Positions 31,667 to 42,274 of a DNA stretch of 64,000 nucleotides are shown here, piece by piece. Origin of the DNA: Corallochytrium limacisporum Hawaii (taxonomy: Eukaryota; Protista; Pluriformea); assembly GCA_002811645.1 (NCBI GenBank), contig PDIP01000069.1, positions 1-64,000 of the forward strand. Reading direction: 5' to 3'. The notes under the pieces were generated by a model that saw nothing but the letters and a program-made list of their open reading frames with translations, was not told where the DNA came from and searched no databases. Within the stretch, counting starts at the first letter, position 1; the number at the start of each line of letters is the position of its first letter. The position numbers were made by a program, and so were the translations under genes.

Positions 31667-33043
31667 GATCGGACAGTTTTATATCTTGCGTCTATTCTTT
31701 ACCTATCTCATCATCATAGACCCCAGTTTTGTGATCCTCACATTTTGCAGCACAACCTGTCTGCAGAATTCCGGAACGAAGTATCTTCCTCCATAGACAT
31801 CGTCCATGCTCTTGATCTGTATTCAGTGTATGACAGTTTCAAATAACTACCACTATAAAGTTACATCACATACCATTCCAGGGCAATACACACTAAAATT
31901 TGGAAACCATGAGTGACCGACACTAAACCAAGGCAAACGGAGACAAAATCGATTATACCACTCAGTTCCCCCAGTGGTTATCTTTCCAACAAACCGAAGG
32001 AGGGACGACGGGTGCTGGCGCTGCAATAGGCAGGCATGTGAATTTGTGACCACTCGGATAGTTCTCCTGCTATTGGCGCTGGAAAATGCTTCCCAACTCC
32101 CGTCCCTCTCCGGGCTCTCGCACTGTTTCATCCGGCAGCCAGCAGCCAGTGGAATGAAAGCCAGGAGAAAAAAAAGGCGCGACGCGGAGGAACGGGGGCA
32201 AGAACGGAAAGAGAGGGAAACGAAATTCACCAAGAGTTGGGCGACACTCGGAGTACCTTGTGTGGCAAGTGAAACCGGCGGGGGAACGGGGGAACAGGAA
32301 GGGAGGCCGACAAGCGAAACCGCAGGGAAGGTTCCAAAGGGTCGGTGGAGGCCGGATAGGACCATGATGTCAACAGTGATGCTATTGCTTAGCACGCTGA
32401 GAGGCAATAGAAGGACCCATTTTTCTTGATAGGAATTGCTTGTATTGAAGAAAAAGTAGTAAAATTCGTGCTCAAAGGATGGATTTCAAAGATGTACAAA
32501 CGTTCACGTCACACACAGTCACAAAGGAAGAGGGCCACTACTCTGTGATGCTGATTGGTTCTCTCCAAAAGCAGCAGATGCCCTCCTCTCTCAACATCTT
32601 CAGGAAGAGGCTCCATACGGTCCACAACAGACGTGGTAATATTTCTAACCACGATGACGCTGGCGGGCATCATCCTTGGCAATTGGTACAGTCTGTACAG
32701 ATTCATCCGGACGCACTCTCTTGGTTGGCGGCCAGAGTGATTCTCGGCTGGTCCTATCCTGGCATTGTTGATGCAGTATGTTTTCTCCAAGCGTAGTTCA
32801 AGTCTGATGCTTTGGTTGTCCATCGGTGTGTGAAACTATGTTGTGCTCAATCAGGTTGTTCCATCTTCTCGTCAGTCCTTAGATAGTTTGCAAGATTTAA
32901 AATGGTAAATGGAGTTTGTGCAACTACTAAATTTGCACACCCCAGTGCTAAACATCAGGTTGAAGTTAATGACAAAAGAAAAGTATAGGTTGATCCGGTT
33001 GTTTGAACTGACATGGTAGAGATGATGATGTAAATGTTCTTCT

Positions 33044-36000
33044 TTAAGCTTCAGGTTGATACCACCACTGGCATTTGTAGCGTTCCATGTCCGACTTGGC
33101 CTTGTTCTCATTGCCATCCTCTTTGAAATCCTTGGGAGACAGACCGGCCTCGGTCATCAGGCCGCGAGCCTTGTCACCATCAGTCTCGGACTTGATGTGA
33201 TTCAGCACAGCAGCAATGAGAGACATGGCCCGGTCAGCGGCAATGAGTTCGCTGCAAGCGTCTTTGAGCCAATTCAGGCCCAGCAGACCGGTGATGGCGG
33301 GCTTGCTCACAAACGGTGCCACGTACTGCGGAACCTGAGGGTAGTCAATCTCATCGTAGATGTCCTCAGAGTTGAGAATGTCCTCAATGCCGGCCTGGTA
33401 ACCATCCTTTGCAATCACATCATCACGCAAAAAGTCTGTCAACAGACTGCTCAGCATAGGAATGTTCTTGGGGCGGTTAAACGTGTTCGACACCAGAAGG
33501 GTGATTGCGAACGGGAAGGCCTCGGGATTGATCTTAAGTTCATCAACGCACAGTTTGGCCTCCTTGTAGTCCTTGTTCATCTCGTACTCGGCCACAATGC
33601 CATTAAGCTTCCGGCTCAGTTCCTGATCAGTGTAGCTCTTATAGTCACCGCCAGCGTCGCTGCCATCGTCGCCTAATCCACCGGTTGGGGTGCTCGCACC
33701 ACTAGCCCCGGCCGAGCCGCCTTTAACTGCCTGTGCAGCGCTAGCGGCCTTGCCAAAGGCTGGGCGGTTGGGCAACTGGCGTGGCAGCTGTGGAGTGGAG
33801 CCCGGAGACTGCTTCGGGGTGGAATCCTTCGAGTCCTTGCCGGCAAACCATGACTTCTTTGGTCCTAAAGTCATGCCTTCGACCTGCACTGAACCCTGGG
33901 TGCGGTTGCGAGGACCGCCAGGTGGGGGCATCTTGAAGTTGCCCCGGCCACCACCGCCGCCAGCGTTAAAGCGGCTCGAAGATCCTTGGCGAATGAGACG
34001 CTGCGTTTCTTGCTGCTCTGCCTGGTGGTCTGCCATGGCCTGTTTGTGTACCTCAGCAATTGTGGCGGGACCGTACTCCTCACGGCGCGCGGTCCAGTTG
34101 TTCTGACGCATTTCAATGACATCCTTGAGCATGAAACGCATACGGGCGCGCAGACGCTTATCACTGCTCAGATCTGTCATCTGCTTGAAATAGTGTTCCA
34201 TTTTGGGCTTCTCGCCATCGAGCTTGTCGACGATCGGACCGACTGTAGACATGAGCTTGCACAAACATTCAATGCGTTCCTCATCGTAGAGCTCTTCGCT
34301 CTCTTCATCGTTCGGCTTCAGGAGACTAGAGAAGCAGACGTGCATGACATTGGTGGCCAGCATCTGCAGCTTGTACAGCTCACCAATGAGACGCATCAGA
34401 CCAATCAGACGGCGCTTCAACTTTCGGTTGTACTCCATCTTCTTGATCTTCTCTTCGCCCTGAGGAGTCTCGCGAATCTCCTTGTCTGAGATCAGATTGT
34501 TCTCGGCAAAGAACTCTTCTTGGCACTTGTTCAGCAGCTGACGACGGAAGGACAGTTCCTGGACCTTAGGTTTCTCGGCAGCACCGCCGTCACCCGCAGC
34601 GGCACTCTCGCCGGTTGCACCACCCTCACTCCCTTCTTTGCCCGCCTCACTACCACCTACTTCCTCGCGCACTTCAATCTTCTTCGCGAGCAGCTGGCAC
34701 AGCTGAGCGTACATTTGACTAAAGTTGGGCTCATCCAGAGCCTTATCCAGGATCAGGGTAATAAACTCGTTCAATCGGTACTCAGAGTTGATCTCTAACA
34801 GCAACATATCGCGGCTGAGCTTGTCGAACTTCTCGAGCGTTAACTTGTTCAGAATGGCCTTTGCCTTGCGGAAGATGACCTCGTCCTGCGATTCGGCACT
34901 GTCATCCTTCGGTCCCCGCTGGATCTTATAGCCAGTGGCACTAGGTTTGAGCACCTCCTTAGGTCCTTGGTTGTAGCGGTTGGACTTGCCACCGCGTCCA
35001 GCCATTCGACCAGTGCCCTTCCACTGTGCAGAGCCGCGACCGCCCTGGTTGACAAAGTTGGGCAGGAAGTTGGCACCAGAACCGCCGCGCTTGGGACCAC
35101 CGTGTCCCTTGTGGGAGTCCCCACCGACAGATTCGTAGCGGATGCCCAGGTTAAGTTGAGGAGGGCGGTAGTTACAGATGCGCTTGAACTGCATCAGCCA
35201 TTCGATGGAGTACTTCTTGGGACCGTCGGTGTGATCGGGACGCCACATGTCGCTGTCTTCTGGGTAGATGAGCACAGCGGGTTCCTCTTCTTCATCCTCC
35301 TCGTCCTCGACTTCTTCACCATCTTCGGCTTCATCGACTTCGTAACCCTCGCCAGAAGCAAGAGCCTCTTCGGTCGGCGGCTCAGTGGAAGTAACTTCCT
35401 CTATGTCCGTAGCCTTGGAGTCAAGAACACCATCCAATGTATCCTTGGACACAGTGTCGACTGCAGTGGCACCATTCACCTTGGGCTCGCCTTCAACCTC
35501 AGTGGAGGCCTTCTCCGTGACGGTAAGATCGTCCGTAGACTCCGTTACGGTGACCTCGGGAGTAGCCGCAGTAGCGGGTGCATCCTTGCGCTGGTAGCTC
35601 ACAGCCTCTCCAGTCGGCTTCTTGATAGTCAGCGGACGCGGCTTGTCATCCTCGCCTTCCTTGCCGGAGCTTGGGTACGGCTTGCGCACTGTAACTGGGA
35701 CAGCGGCAGGGCCAGCAGAAGCAGGCGTGGGCTTAGTGGTGGCTTTTGCTTCCGTGGCCTTTGGCTCGGGTTTTTCCGCAGGCTTCTCTGCTGCCTTTTC
35801 CACAGGCTTCTCTGCCGGCTTTTCTACGGGCTTCTCAGCAGGTTTTTCCGTGGATTTCTCTGCAGGCTTCTCCTCACTCTTCTCAGCGACACTGGTGCTG
35901 GAAGTTGTTCCGCTAGCTTTCTTGCTCTCGTCGATCTTGACCTCCTCACCGGTAGGCTTAGTGATCTTCAGAATCTTCTTCTCGCGCGGCTTTGGGGGAC

Positions 36001-36880
36001 CGGATGCGGACATAGAGGAAGTGCGGCTGCGGCTCGCCGGTCCTGCAGGAGAGACGTTGCCACTACCATCACCACTGATAGAGCCGGGCACAGAACCTGG
36101 GGTGCCCTGCTGGCTGCCCATGGGTGGGCGCTGGCCAAAGCCAGGCATTCCGACTCCGGGCATACCATAGGTCGGGTAGTAGGCCATGTTTGCATTGAAG
36201 CCACGGCCAGCGCCTTGGGGATAGCCCTGCTGTGGGAAGTAGGGACGACCCGCGCCCTGGGGACCAGGCATTGTGGGACGTGGCATGTCTGCACCGGTAG
36301 CACCGCCCTGACCGAAGGATCCACCCTGGCTGCCCTGGCTGCCGGGCTGGGACTGAGGTCCACTTTGGGCACCACCTGGAGCACCGCGGGGCATGCCATA
36401 GGCACCCTGCGGCATCATATTGTATTGACCATACTGTCCAGGCTGCATGTATTGTGCTGGATTGTAGCCCATCTGCGCCGCTGCTGCCGCTGCCGCCTGT
36501 TGGGATGGATACGGAGGACGGAAGCTACCTTGACCACCAGGACCACCGCCACGGCCGCCACCGCGTCCCATGTGACCTCCGCGGCCACGGCTACCGGAAC
36601 CTTGTTGTCCGCCGCCCTGTTGCATGTTTGCGTAGTAGGGGACCGCTTGGTTGGCACCACCGCCCTGCTGAGGTTGCTGTCCACTCTGCTGGGGGACCTG
36701 CTGGTTACCGCCGGTACCCGGCATGGACATCTGCTGCTGTTGAGGAACCTGTTGCTGACTACGAGAACCGCCCTGGCCGCCCTTGCCTCCGCGGTGGCCG
36801 CCACTACCGCTGAAGTCCTTGCTGCCGCGAGGCTTACCGCCGCCCTGACTAGGCTTTGCCTGAGCGCCCTGACCAGACAT
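33044..36880 (-). CDS. EIF4G: Eukaryotic translation initiation factor 4G (4E-binding motif, MIF4G, MA3; no W2), 1278 aa
   Basis: YxxxxL-phi motif KKYSIEWLM; MIF4G (AILNKLTLEKF, DKALDEPNFSQMYAQLC, FRRQLLNKCQEEF, RMRFMLKDVIEMR); MA3 (IVAEY...EAKLCVDEL, IDYPQ). Confidence 0.96.
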   Translation of the reverse strand: MSGQGAQAKPSQGGGKPRGSKDFSGSGGHRGGKGGQGGSRSQQQVPQQQQMSMPGTGGNQQVPQQSGQQPQQGGGANQAVPYYANMQQGGGQQGSGSRGRGGHMGRGGGRGGGPGGQGSFRPPYPSQQAAAAAAAQMGYNPAQYMQPGQYGQYNMMPQGAYGMPRGAPGGAQSGPQSQPGSQGSQGGSFGQGGATGADMPRPTMPGPQGAGRPYFPQQGYPQGAGRGFNANMAYYPTYGMPGVGMPGFGQRPPMGSQQGTPGSVPGSISGDGSGNVSPAGPASRSRTSSMSASGPPKPREKKILKITKPTGEEVKIDESKKASGTTSSTSVAEKSEEKPAEKSTEKPAEKPVEKPAEKPVEKAAEKPAEKPEPKATEAKATTKPTPASAGPAAVPVTVRKPYPSSGKEGEDDKPRPLTIKKPTGEAVSYQRKDAPATAATPEVTVTESTDDLTVTEKASTEVEGEPKVNGATAVDTVSKDTLDGVLDSKATDIEEVTSTEPPTEEALASGEGYEVDEAEDGEEVEDEEDEEEEPAVLIYPEDSDMWRPDHTDGPKKYSIEWLMQFKRICNYRPPQLNLGIRYESVGGDSHKGHGGPKRGGSGANFLPNFVNQGGRGSAQWKGTGRMAGRGGKSNRYNQGPKEVLKPSATGYKIQRGPKDDSAESQDEVIFRKAKAILNKLTLEKFDKLSRDMLLLEINSEYRLNEFITLILDKALDEPNFSQMYAQLCQLLAKKIEVREEVGGSEAGKEGSEGGATGESAAAGDGGAAEKPKVQELSFRRQLLNKCQEEFFAENNLISDKEIRETPQGEEKIKKMEYNRKLKRRLIGLMRLIGELYKLQMLATNVMHVCFSSLLKPNDEESEELYDEERIECLCKLMSTVGPIVDKLDGEKPKMEHYFKQMTDLSSDKRLRARMRFMLKDVIEMRQNNWTARREEYGPATIAEVHKQAMADHQAEQQETQRLIRQGSSSRFNAGGGGGRGNFKMPPPGGPRNRTQGSVQVEGMTLGPKKSWFAGKDSKDSTPKQSPGSTPQLPRQLPNRPAFGKAASAAQAVKGGSAGASGASTPTGGLGDDGSDAGGDYKSYTDQELSRKLNGIVAEYEMNKDYKEAKLCVDELKINPEAFPFAITLLVSNTFNRPKNIPMLSSLLTDFLRDDVIAKDGYQAGIEDILNSEDIYDEIDYPQVPQYVAPFVSKPAITGLLGLNWLKDACSELIAADRAMSLIAAVLNHIKSETDGDKARGLMTEAGLSPKDFKEDGNENKAKSDMERYKCQWWYQPEA
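35765..35880 (-). repeat. 12-nt coding tandem repeat, (EKPA/EKPV)n, in eIF4G
   Basis: Translation EKPAEKSTEKPAEKPVEKPAEKPVEKAAEKPAEKP. Confidence 0.8.
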
Positions 36881-39552
36881 GCTTACGGACGGAATGGTTG
36901 CTGTTTAATTAGCAGAAAACGCCTGAGGTCCGGTTTCTGTACGACCTCAGAATAATAAGCACGTAGCAAGTAAATAAAATTCACCCGTAGAACCCGAGCT
37001 AGATTCTAATCGAATGAAAAAATAAATGGTAAGGAAACGTAGACTAGGTGATCCCGTATTTCCTCAATCAAGTCGAACGCAAGTTTGAACGAACCCGAAT
37101 TCAAATTGAATGAGTAATCCCCGAAACTGAGAATATCCGTTTCCGAATTAAACCACTTCTTCTGGAAGAAAGATTCTTTTTGGGGAGAATGTACTTTCGC
37201 AGGGAAAGTACAGCTAGATACGTAGATGAAACGTATCTGAGCTGACTTATAATAAGAGTTGAACTCCGAGGATCACAGAGAAACTTTTGCTGTTAATATT
37301 CACCATGTGATCTGAAATACCACATGCTAATACAGTCCTATCTATTACTGTTTTCATCGTGTGGATACATCCACCCGCCAATCGCAACCATCAAAATGGA
37401 CTTGGCTCAAACCGGTTGTGCGGTACCCATTGCCAATGATTGCGATTCATCCTACCACGGGGTTTAAGCGATGTGCGGTAAAGGCAGGAAGCACACACTC
37501 TCCCTCAACCAAGTGTCACCGACCCACAAACCTTCAAACACAGCTGGAGCTTGGCACCGTGTGAGGAGAGTGGCTAGGAAAGCAGGGATCACTACACACA
37601 GCCACCCCACCGCGTTTAACACCGCTGCAATGTGGGTGCCCGGCAAAGAAGAGTGGGCGCAGGTAACATTTTGGGAGCGAAAAGTCCATCCCTGTCTGCC
37701 CCTTCCGTACTCCGGTGCAAATTCATCGCTCTGTTCCCGAAACACACTGGCAGTCACACAGACGGGGTGCCCGCACTTTCCCCGTGGTCAATGAAAGTAA
37801 GGAAAAGATCAGGAGCCATTCGGTATCGCGATGCTCCCTTCCGCGTGGGACCACATTACCGACACTGGCGAGAGGGGAACCACAGAAGAGAGATGGAAGG
37901 GCAAACGTGGAAGGCTAAAGAGACAACAACGCAGACACACACGCCCTCCCACCGCCCCATTTTCAGCCCCTGACACTCCTTCCCTGGCTCCTGCACTCTT
38001 TCTTGCCAGCCATACCCTCACACACTAAACAAACTTTTGGTCCATGTCTGCAATAAGTTTTTCTGCGTTTAACAAACCTGCATTGCGGCCACTCTACGGC
38101 AGGGGAACGCCAAGACCACTCTTACCATTCCTCTATTTATCCGGTGCCCGTTGTTCCACACACCGGTTTCCGGCTCAGACGTAGGCCGCCTGAGGTACGC
38201 ATGCGGCACCAGCTTTTAGCGGGAAGAAGACCGGTTGAAACTTCAGACGTTGCCCAACAGACGCGGTCGGGTTTTCAATACTTTAAGTATGCCTGTATGA
38301 AATATGTTCGGTTCAGGTGGGGTGCTGATCGTCGAGAAGGAAGAGTGGAGGGCATTGCCGTAGAGAATTAGAATGAATAGAAGAAAAATACAAGAACATG
38401 CCGACGAGAAGCAGCAGACAGCCAAAGCAGTGTGAAGGAGAAAAACACGGGAATTGGGGTCATTGTCCGTGTATAGCTTTCCATCATGTGGATGGCTCCA
38501 TCGTGTAGGAGGTCTCCTGCGACGCCCGGGGGAGCTGGCGCTTGCCTTGGTATGTATGTCTCAGCAGCGTCATCTTCCGTCCCATTTAACAAGTTTGTCT
38601 CACTCTGAGGGTACCTGGTTCGCATCGGAAAATTGGGAAGCCATTCATGCATACGAAGCGCAATCCCAATACTCGTGCATCCAATATCTCACCGAGTAAG
38701 CTATCACAGGTTGTAGCATAAAGCATTGATATAGGGGAAGAAGCTGATGGAATGAGAGTCCAAATTGCCCGTCCGTCGATGTTGAACGATGTTCCCACCG
38801 GGCCTGGAGGACAGTAGGGCCATAGGCACCTATCGCAACACACGCAGAATATTATCTGCGATTTCTTATTCAACCCCTGTTGCTGTACTTTCCGTACCAG
38901 CTGGCAAGTACTGAAGCTCGACTCCTTTCCCCCTCCCGTCTTGTCTCCCCAGTGCCACTCTCTTCCCCCCTCCCTCTCCGGGGTCGGGGAAATTTCACAC
39001 ACAACTCCCAAAACACACACATTTGGGACGGATGGAGAAAATCTCACAAAGTTTCTCGACTATAGTTTTGTGTAAAATTACGTATTGCAACACTTTTATA
39101 GCCGAAGTACTGGAACCGAAGAAAATCCCTAGAGCATACTAAATGGACTGAAAAAGCCACAACTTGGAAGCCCATCGCTATACTGCAAGAGCCACGGGGC
39201 AACAGAAGCTGTATAGTAAATGTACTACGGATGGGTTTATTTGAGGTAGTCTACTGGGGCGGTTGGTTGGACCAGACAGTGCCGTTTTCTGCACTGTTGA
39301 CATACGCATTACTGGCGGATCCTTGTAGAGTGTGCTTTGTGTACTCATACAGTTCCTTTACATGTAGGCCATTTAGAATTATTATTGTGCTTAACCGTGA
39401 TGGCGCCATAACAGCAATCTCCGCACAAAGAAAAGCTATTTCCAATCGCCATCGTTGTGCCACAAGGCAGATAGTTACTTCTTCAATTATCCTAATCATA
39501 TTCGGGTGATCGGGTCAATAAATACTCGGAGTTATACTATCAAATAGCAAAC

Positions 39553-40071
39553 ATGGGCGGTCACCGGTACAGCCAGAACAAGGTCAACAAGCAGTGGGAC
39601 ATGACCAAGTGTGCCTCTTCCAGCGGTTCCTACATGCGTGTTCACTTCAAGAACACTCATGAGACTGCTCAGGCCATCAAGGGTATGAGCATCGATCAGG
39701 CCACCCAGTACTTGCAGGACGTCAAAGCCCACAAGCGCATCATTCCTTTCCGTCGCTTCCGCTACGGTGTTGGTCGTAAGGCACAGACCAAGGAGTTCAA
39801 GACCCCTCAGGGTCGCTGGCCCGAAAAGTCTTGTGACTTCATGCTGAGTATGCTGGCCAACCTGAAGAGCAATGGTGAGGGCAAGGGACTCGATGCCGGA
39901 AGCCTGATAATTACTCACGTCCAGGTCAACATGGCCCCTGTTATGCGCCGCCGCACCTACCGTGCTCACGGTCGTATCAACCCTTACAAGAGCCACCCCT
40001 GCCACTACGAATTCATCGCTGTGCCCCCTGCCGAGACTGTGCCCCGCCCCGAGGCCGTCTCCAAGCAGTAA
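39553..40071 (+). CDS. RPL17: 60S ribosomal protein L17 (uL22), 172 aa
   Basis: [43 protein letters not shown]. Confidence 0.98.
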   Translation: MGGHRYSQNKVNKQWDMTKCASSSGSYMRVHFKNTHETAQAIKGMSIDQATQYLQDVKAHKRIIPFRRFRYGVGRKAQTKEFKTPQGRWPEKSCDFMLSMLANLKSNGEGKGLDAGSLIITHVQVNMAPVMRRRTYRAHGRINPYKSHPCHYEFIAVPPAETVPRPEAVSKQ

Positions 40072-40549
40072 GGTTGAGTACTGTTCAAAAATTCTTTTTT
40101 ATTCAGCACTTGGCAGTTAGCAAGCAGTAGTGCTTCTTCAATGAACAGGGATCTTTTTGAACACGGTCTTTTGAATTGGGGAAGAACAAGCATGGCATAG
40201 TAAGCATTTCAACTGAGCATGAGACATTGGTGGTGTGTAGAGTCCCTTGGACTGCCACCACATGTCGAAGTCAAACATAGGCATCTTATCAATTTTTTAA
40301 AGGTCTGCTCGTTTCCAGTTGGTGGACAAAAGAGCAAACCCTGGCATATCAAAGTGGTGACATGGTCACTTCTATCCTTTACACCCACCGCTTTGGATCT
40401 GGTTGTGTGAAGAAGAAGCCCTTCCATTGCAACACAAACTTCTTACATAGATTTCATATGACTTTTAACGAACATCACTGAATTTTCAATGACTTACAAG
40501 CTCGTGGTGATGTGGAATCACTGGACTAGGTGGCTTTAGAGGACATGAC

Positions 40550-41644
40550 TTATAAGGCAGCATTCTTGGCGGAGCTCACATCCTTGGCACCAGCGGGCCT
40601 CGGCAGGCCAGCAATGATGACGTGCACCATGTCCCGGATACGCTCCGGTAGCCGATTGATGGCCATGAACATGTGTCCATTGGTGGTCACTGTGTAGTTC
40701 AGCTTTGGATATTTTATGGTAATGGCATGCACGTACGCATCAACTACCTTGTTCGCGTCCTCTGAGAAGGTCAGCAAGTTTGTGGCACCTTGTTTGAGAC
40801 CGTTGAAGAAGTCATCGCCATAATACCGCTTGGTCTCTTCGGAGAGCTGTGTGAAGGTGGTTTCCATCTGTCCAACTGCACGACTGGTCAATGGTGTAAT
40901 GGCAAATCCGGGTGTGAGGGTGACCACATCGATCCCTTGCAATGCCAGTTCCTGGCGCAGACAAGAGCTCCAGCCCATGACTCCGTGCTTGGCCCCACTG
41001 TACGCTCCGCATCCCATGGATGACGTCCTGCCGTAGATACTGGCCATGTTGATAAACCGTCCGTAGGCCTTGCGCACAAGAGGAATGAAGAACTTGTTTG
41101 TACGCATGACTCCCAACAAGTCCACATCCACAATGTGGGTTAGTGTGCTCATGGAGGTCAAGTCAATCAGAGTGCCACCCGCAATGCCAGCGTTGGCCAC
41201 CACGGCGTACACCCCTCGACTACCAGATACCCGTGCACAATATGCAGCCGCGGTTTGCACATCCTCGTCTTTCGTAACGTCGCATTTGATAGTGTGCAGG
41301 CGTCTGCTGGCCTTTCCTTCCAGTTTATCCATAGATGCCTCTGCATAGCAAGCTGCAACAACTTCAAATCCCATTTTATCCAGCCTCAGAGCTAATGAAT
41401 GGCCGAACCCTGTGTCACAGCCGGTAATGAACACAACCTTTCCTTCACATTTTCCTATGCGGGCATATCGGCGATAGATCGCACGAATACTAAGCAGGCC
41501 GGTCAGGGCTGTTGCGCTTACTAGACCATAATACCCCTGAGGATTTGTCGCGTACAAATTGTCCAGATGTCGGGGGATGTCTTTTGTTATTTGGTATGCG
41601 ACCTGCTGCGCAATTCTTTTTACCTCTGACGCAATCGAGTCCAT
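40550..41644 (-). CDS. Short-chain dehydrogenase/reductase, retinol dehydrogenase/17-beta-HSD6/BDH1-like, 364 aa
   Basis: VFITGCDTGFG, VANAG, catalytic YSGAK, N-terminal hydrophobic segment. First ATG at 41644 (the ORF track start is a TTG). Confidence 0.9.
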   Translation of the reverse strand: MDSIASEVKRIAQQVAYQITKDIPRHLDNLYATNPQGYYGLVSATALTGLLSIRAIYRRYARIGKCEGKVVFITGCDTGFGHSLALRLDKMGFEVVAACYAEASMDKLEGKASRRLHTIKCDVTKDEDVQTAAAYCARVSGSRGVYAVVANAGIAGGTLIDLTSMSTLTHIVDVDLLGVMRTNKFFIPLVRKAYGRFINMASIYGRTSSMGCGAYSGAKHGVMGWSSCLRQELALQGIDVVTLTPGFAITPLTSRAVGQMETTFTQLSEETKRYYGDDFFNGLKQGATNLLTFSEDANKVVDAYVHAITIKYPKLNYTVTTNGHMFMAINRLPERIRDMVHVIIAGLPRPAGAKDVSSAKNAAL

Positions 41645-42274
41645 CGTGACCCGAAGAATAGAATGCCTTGTCGTTGGAGGACTGCTACCTTCCAAAAACC
41701 TGGCCCACAGACTGCAACGCTACCATGCCATATTACATTGCCACATGACTTACCCTAACTACCTTCTCCACCGGTGAGGCCCCATTTGAGCTCAACCCAA
41801 ACAAAAGAATGGAGACCACTTGTGGACGTCCTAACCCACTTCCCCGCAGTCTGGCTGTGTGCACTCAAAGAATGTGTACAGTACATTTAGTATGCACAAT
41901 TCAATGCCTCTCACTCTCTCGCTCCACCTTCTCGTTTTGTTTTCCGATCCTCAGGAGTGGTAGCCAGTGGTGGCCTTACCGCGAAATTTGTAAGATGGTG
42001 GGTAAGTGGAGGTGCGTGATGATCCCGGGATACCTGGAACGGTCGGGGGGCTCCACGAGTAGGCATCGGCGGGGAGAAAAACGGAGGAACACAGAACTGG
42101 TGTGCAGCCGGGCTACGAGGAGTTTCTTCGTCCTCAGGTCCTTCAAAGCAAGAAGTCGGAACGAAACACAAGGTGGATGCTAGCTGCCAAGTATTCGCTA
42201 TCATGGGTGTCTTTCGCTACTACATGGTCAATGGTGACTAGTCTGGTCGGGTGATAACAACCGACTGATCGATT

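Noticed and set aside
32492-32833. TGA read-through or selenoprotein frame
   Set aside because: No selenoprotein-like motif or SECIS recognised, and several confident genes here (for example BTAF1 and the LRR gene) use TGA as a normal stop.
34967-36955. 662-aa + strand ORF
   Set aside because: Antisense shadow of eIF4G caused by codon bias; no recognisable domain.
38092-38365. SRP RNA interpretation of the long hairpin
   Set aside because: No helix-8 motif (CAGG...GNRA...AGCAG) and no Alu-domain signature on either strand; kept only as an unidentified structure.
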